55,375 nt of DNA from an uncultured Candidatus Saccharibacteria bacterium (GTDB lineage Bacteria > Patescibacteriota > Saccharimonadia > Saccharimonadales > AWTP1-31). The first letter of the stretch is position 1, and the number at the start of each line of letters is the position of its first letter. Under the pieces are notes generated by a model. The model was not told where the DNA came from and searched no databases. It saw only the letters and a program-made list of their open reading frames with translations. Location: the NCBI GenBank assembly GCA_937903325.1, contig CALCZR010000051.1:1-55375 (forward strand), in the 5' to 3' direction. The position numbers and the translations under genes are program-made. Below are positions 52,343 to 55,375 of this stretch, piece by piece.

Positions 52343-52985
52343 CTGGGAAGTTTAGGTATGCAAACTCTCCATGGTATTTCTTAGCCGCGTCATCATACGC
52401 AAGAGCTGCCTCTATTGCGGTTGGGTATGAGCCTATGCAAATCCTGGTCCCATTTGCGCAGATACGTGATTGATACGTCGTACATCCACTATTTGCTGTT
52501 ACGCCTTTGTATCCAAGCTTGTTGCGCTTGTGGGGCCCAGAGTTGGCTCGATTTTGATATCTGTTTGCGCTACGCAGATTACTCTTCCTGTTATCTAATT
52601 TATTTCTATTGACATGGTCAACCATTCCTGCATGCAGCAGGAATCGGTGTAGCGATATCTTCCTTGTCTCAGGCGCAATTGAAACATACCCAGATGACAT
52701 GTAAAACTTATAGTCGATGTATTTCTCAAAGTCATCAATGTCAATTATGAACCATAGATCATTTTTGCCATAAACTTTAACCTCAATTGCGCCTGTATAG
52801 TCGGACGATCTAATTATATTACTATATGGTTTTCTAGGCGTACTTCTCAACCCGCTATTTTCATACTTGCGAGATAGTGCTCTATTGCAAGCTCTACATC
52901 CGTAGGTATACCCATCTTTTGAATGCTTATCCTTATGGAAAGAATCCAGTGGCTTCTCAATACCACACTTTGTACACTTCTTCAT
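52323..52985 (-). CDS. HNH homing endonuclease with AP2 DNA-binding domain
   Basis: The N-terminal zinc finger is CTKCGIEKP...CRACN. The HNH_3-like motif is VDHVNRNKLDNRKSNLR. The AP2-like domain is YKGVT...YQSRICANGTRICIGSYPTAIEAALAYDDAAKKYHGEFAYLNF. Confidence 0.85.
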   Translation of the reverse strand: MKKCTKCGIEKPLDSFHKDKHSKDGYTYGCRACNRALSRKYENSGLRSTPRKPYSNIIRSSDYTGAIEVKVYGKNDLWFIIDIDDFEKYIDYKFYMSSGYVSIAPETRKISLHRFLLHAGMVDHVNRNKLDNRKSNLRSANRYQNRANSGPHKRNKLGYKGVTANSGCTTYQSRICANGTRICIGSYPTAIEAALAYDDAAKKYHGEFAYLNFPDGAPND

Positions 52986-53371
52986 GACTCACCCATTTTT
53001 AATTTCAACCAACTTGTTAACCCATGATCTGTAGCTGGATGCAGAGCTTGCTTGGCAAACGACCTAATGTTGCAATACATTTGCATAAATCGTTCGTCGG
53101 GAAAGAGAGACCAGTATTTCTGGACTAGGTCTAACATCTCATCATTTGGCGCAATTCTAGATGCTGGCCAATGTAGTATTCTCGCATAGCTTAGGTTCTC
53201 TTCTTTTAGCCACAGTGTAAGTGCGTCATCCTCCATATAGTAGGAATCGTAATCTACAGACTCGGCAATCTTGTTGACGATAAAGTCAAATGGTCTATCT
53301 ACGTGGCCATACTGGTACCAGTATTGCTCAATCTGTTCCATGACTTCGTATATTCTGCCAATAGGCCTCAT
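52982..53371 (-). CDS. hypothetical protein (129 aa)
   Basis: Open frame, ATGA-coupled. Confidence 0.6.
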   Translation of the reverse strand: MRPIGRIYEVMEQIEQYWYQYGHVDRPFDFIVNKIAESVDYDSYYMEDDALTLWLKEENLSYARILHWPASRIAPNDEMLDLVQKYWSLFPDERFMQMYCNIRSFAKQALHPATDHGLTSWLKLKMGES

Positions 53372-53511
53372 ATGCCTTCCTCCCTCTCTAGGCGTTCCTT
53401 CTCTAGTATAGCCATTATTCTGGCGATATCAACCCTATAACCTGCCTCGCTTAGCGATTCCCTTATACTTTCTGCCATGCGTCGTTGACCACGCTTCTGC
53501 TTTTCGTTCAT
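53368..53511 (-). CDS. small basic/acidic helical protein (47 aa), not in ORF track
   Basis: AAGGAGATAAA lies upstream of the ATG at 53511. ATGA overlaps occur at both ends. The product is MNEKQKRGQRRMAESIRESLSEAGYRVDIARIMAILEKERLEREEGI. Confidence 0.55.
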   Translation of the reverse strand: MNEKQKRGQRRMAESIRESLSEAGYRVDIARIMAILEKERLEREEGI

Positions 53512-53759
53512 TTTATCTCCTTGATTTTCAGGTGAAACTGAGACACCAACATCCTGAGGTCAAGGCTATGGATGGTGTAGACACGGTCGTAGATCACAGT
53601 TACAGAGTATGGGTCAGCCTGGTCGGTGTGGGCGCTAATAAGGTATCTGTATGCCGATGGAGTAATGTTGATATCCTTGATTTCGTATTTCATGGCCCTG
53701 CCTCCTAAGTTGACTTTTACGCTGCGTTTGTGAGCCGGACTGGTAAGGTTTACTCGCAT
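53508..53759 (-). CDS. hypothetical protein (83 aa, or 61 aa from ATG 53693)
   Basis: The ATG at 53759 lies 6 nt after a TTGACA-17-TACCAT promoter, a leaderless architecture. The internal ATG at 53693 has AGGAGG upstream. Confidence 0.55.
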   Translation of the reverse strand: MRVNLTSPAHKRSVKVNLGGRAMKYEIKDINITPSAYRYLISAHTDQADPYSVTVIYDRVYTIHSLDLRMLVSQFHLKIKEIK

Positions 53760-53765
53760 GTCCTA

Positions 53766-53794
53766 ATGGTACATCTACTGCCCGGATATGTCAA
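53766..53794 (-). promoter_or_regulatory. sigma70-type promoter, TTGACA-17 nt-TACCAT
   Basis: On the minus strand the -35 box is at 53794..53789 and the -10 box at 53771..53766. Confidence 0.6.
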
Positions 53795-53865
53795 GATTTC
53801 CTCCCGATTTGAACTTGATTTACTCTGTAGTATTTTACTCCCGAAATCTGTTATTTATAGTACTA

Positions 53866-53938
53866 TATATATACTTATTATTTTACTGTGTTTTATATCT
53901 TTTATGTACTAACCTAGAGCATTTCGACGTCTAGGACG
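53866..53938 (+). repeat. conserved intergenic element, copy D
   Basis: The sequence is TATAGTACTATATATATACTTATTATTTTACTGTGTTTTATATCTTTTATGTACTAACCTAGAGCATTTCGACGTCTAGGACG. Confidence 0.8.
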
Positions 53939-53966
53939 CAGTTTAGAATTATCGATCAGATATTGC

Positions 53967-53995
53967 TTGACATCGGTTGTTGCAAATGGTATGCT
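53967..53995 (+). promoter_or_regulatory. sigma70-type promoter, TTGACA-17 nt-TATGCT
   Basis: TTGACA at 53967-53972 and TATGCT at 53990-53995. A leader of about 50 nt with AAGGGAGA precedes the ATG. Confidence 0.6.
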
Positions 53996-54049
53996 TGTTT
54001 CATCACCAAGCGGAGTTGGATGGTGAAGATTTAGAACGAGAAAGGGAGA

Positions 54050-54355
54050 ATGAATATGGTAGAGATGAATAGGATTGACCTAATTGAAGATGGCAGTGGC
54101 GGCTTGTGGGCAGAAGCAAGAGATCTTCACGCATTCATAGGCATAGATAGGGGTTACGAGGAATGGCTGGATGATACGATTCTTAACCCCAGTCATGGAT
54201 TTATAGAAGGAGTCGATTACGAAGTGTATCTAGATGGGTCAACTAAAGAGTACTACATTAGCAGGATCATGACCGGGGATTTGGCTATGATGGCGCATGG
54301 AGAGCAAAGGGGTAGAGAGGCTAGAATCCATATGGCAAAAGGAGAGCGAATATGA
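54050..54355 (+). CDS. AntA/AntB-type antirepressor N-terminal domain protein
   Basis: The segment is ARDLHAFIGIDRGYEEWLDDTILNPSHGFIEGVDYEV. The alternative ATG is 54056. Confidence 0.55.
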   Translation: MNMVEMNRIDLIEDGSGGLWAEARDLHAFIGIDRGYEEWLDDTILNPSHGFIEGVDYEVYLDGSTKEYYISRIMTGDLAMMAHGEQRGREARIHMAKGERI

Positions 54356-55028
54356 TTCAAATCAAAGAGCATAATGGCAAACAACTAGTAGACGGAAGAG
54401 AACTTCACACATTTCTTGGGGTGGGTAGGCGATTACACCTTGGATCCAAGTGGTAATCGCTGAATACGAGTTTTTAGAGGGTGAAGATTTTGTTGTCCTG
54501 GAGAACTTCCCCGATCGGGGAGATATTACAAGAACTGTTGGGAGGCCCTCGAAGGAGTATGCAATTACTCTTGATATGGCAAAGCAGCTAACGATGGTTG
54601 ATCGTAGCGATAAAGGCAAAGAGGCTAGAAAATATTTTCTAGCCTGCGAGAGACAACTAGAGCAGATTCGCAAACAGATCACACCACTTGGGGCAACGTT
54701 GGAAAATGCTCTACGTCAAATGGTAGAGTCAGAGGTTGGCCGTATAACCGCAGAGATCATGGGCGACATGCGTCTGGCTGTAAGTGAACTTAAGGCTCTA
54801 GGCGCCACAGCACAACTAGAGACAAACTTTGTAACCATAGCTGGATTCCTTAGTATAACTGGAGTGAAGTATAAGACGGAAAATGAGATCAAGATATTGG
54901 GTCAGCGGGTCAGTAGATACTGTAAGGAGAATGGCATACCGATTACGAAAGTACATTCGCCCAAGTGGGGCAAAGTCAATGCCTACCCTAAAGAAGTCTT
55001 AGAAATGTTGATCGGAGCTACCGCATGA
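54352..55028 (+). pseudogene. antirepressor (Ant N-domain plus KilAC-like C-domain) split by a -1 frame change
   Basis: The N-terminal fragment 54352..54456 encodes MIQIKEHNGKQLVDGRELHTFLGVGRR.. The rest, in the -1 frame and open from 54429, encodes TPWIQVVIAEYEFLEGEDF...GRPSKEYAITLDMAKQLTMVDRSDKGKEARKYFLACE. Together they mirror the intact domain of the upstream gene. Confidence 0.55.
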
Positions 55029-55210
55029 ATCCTAATAGCCTTAAAAACTTAACCAAGAACAGAAACATGAGGGATGGGGTCCTTAAAGAAGGTCAGTTAT
55101 CACATACGATTAGAGTCAGGATCTCTGCAGAAATCAAAGAGCTACTCAAAGAAACATCCCCAGAAGAGCTAGGTCGTATACTCACAGAAGCACTTAAGTC
55201 TCGCCTCTAA
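55025..55210 (+). CDS. hypothetical protein (61 aa)
   Basis: Open frame, ATGA-coupled. Confidence 0.5.
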   Translation: MNPNSLKNLTKNRNMRDGVLKEGQLSHTIRVRISAEIKELLKETSPEELGRILTEALKSRL

Positions 55211-55227
55211 ACATAATACAAATAAGC

Positions 55228-55253
55228 ATCCCGGGGTTATTCCCGGGATTTAT
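55228..55253. terminator. bidirectional terminator hairpin
   Basis: Stem ATCCCGGG / CCCGGGAT with a 6-nt loop, between convergent genes. Confidence 0.65.
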
Positions 55254-55257
55254 CTTA

Positions 55258-55375
55258 TTAGAATTCTAAACTTAAGACTGGATCTTTCTTAACTGGCTTC
55301 TTCTCCGACTTTCGACTCCTCTGAACATTGCGTACGAATGCAATTATATCTGGGGTCGGCATTGGTAGATCTTTA
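55258..55375 (-). CDS. 3' end of a minus-strand gene truncated by the window edge
   Basis: The open minus frame reads ...KDLPMPTPDIIAFVRNVQRSRKSEKKPVKKDPVLSLEF, with stop TAA at 55260..55258. Confidence 0.35.
   Translation of the reverse strand, partial: KDLPMPTPDIIAFVRNVQRSRKSEKKPVKKDPVLSLEF

Noticed and set aside
1-55375. tRNA genes, an integrase or attP, and other lysogeny functions.
   Set aside because: No T-loop-like GTTCGA/GTTCAA context was found in any intergenic region, and no tyrosine or serine recombinase-like ORF was seen. HTH and antirepressor-like genes alone do not establish a temperate lifestyle. The window is also truncated on the right.

Overview
This window is a contiguous piece of a tailed dsDNA phage genome with siphovirus-like organisation. 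It runs off the right edge, where a minus-strand ORF is truncated.

Layout:
- 1-10.2 kb (+): an early and nucleotide-metabolism operon. It carries an XRE-type HTH regulator, an ATP-dependent DNA ligase, a class II ribonucleotide reductase interrupted by two inteins, a dCTP-deaminase/dUTPase-like protein, ThyX and a secreted S1-type serine protease.
- 10.2-10.9 kb: three tiny autonomous transcription units.
- 10.9-41.55 kb (-): one tightly packed late block. In transcription order it holds small and large terminase, portal, scaffold, decoration-like protein, major capsid, connector proteins, major tail protein, G/GT chaperone with a -1 slippery site, a 3127-aa tape measure, distal tail and fibre proteins, a glycosyltransferase-like gene, a repeat-rich tail fibre, two fibre-associated paralogs, an M15 endolysin, a holin and a lipoprotein.
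- 41.6-55.4 kb: a mosaic early and regulatory region. It holds a PD-(D/E)XK nuclease, a metallophosphoesterase, a thioredoxin-like protein, a Cro/CI-like HTH gene, a 1.3-kb ORF-free repeat-dense region, a DnaE-type Pol III alpha with an adjacent HNH-AP2 homing endonuclease, and antirepressor-like genes.

No tRNA, rRNA, CRISPR array, integrase or reverse transcriptase was recognised.

Most unusual signals:
1. The second RNR intein sits on the catalytic Cys loop and ends in Arg-Arg instead of His-Asn.
2. At least nine sigma70-like promoters place an ATG 5-8 nt after the -10 box, a leaderless architecture.
3. A conserved 40-80-bp intergenic element occurs four times at operon boundaries.
4. The ORF-free, GTACT-box-rich region contains tandem repeats and a promoter, 11-codon ORF and terminator micro-unit.

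All functional calls rest on motifs read by eye. No database search was possible.
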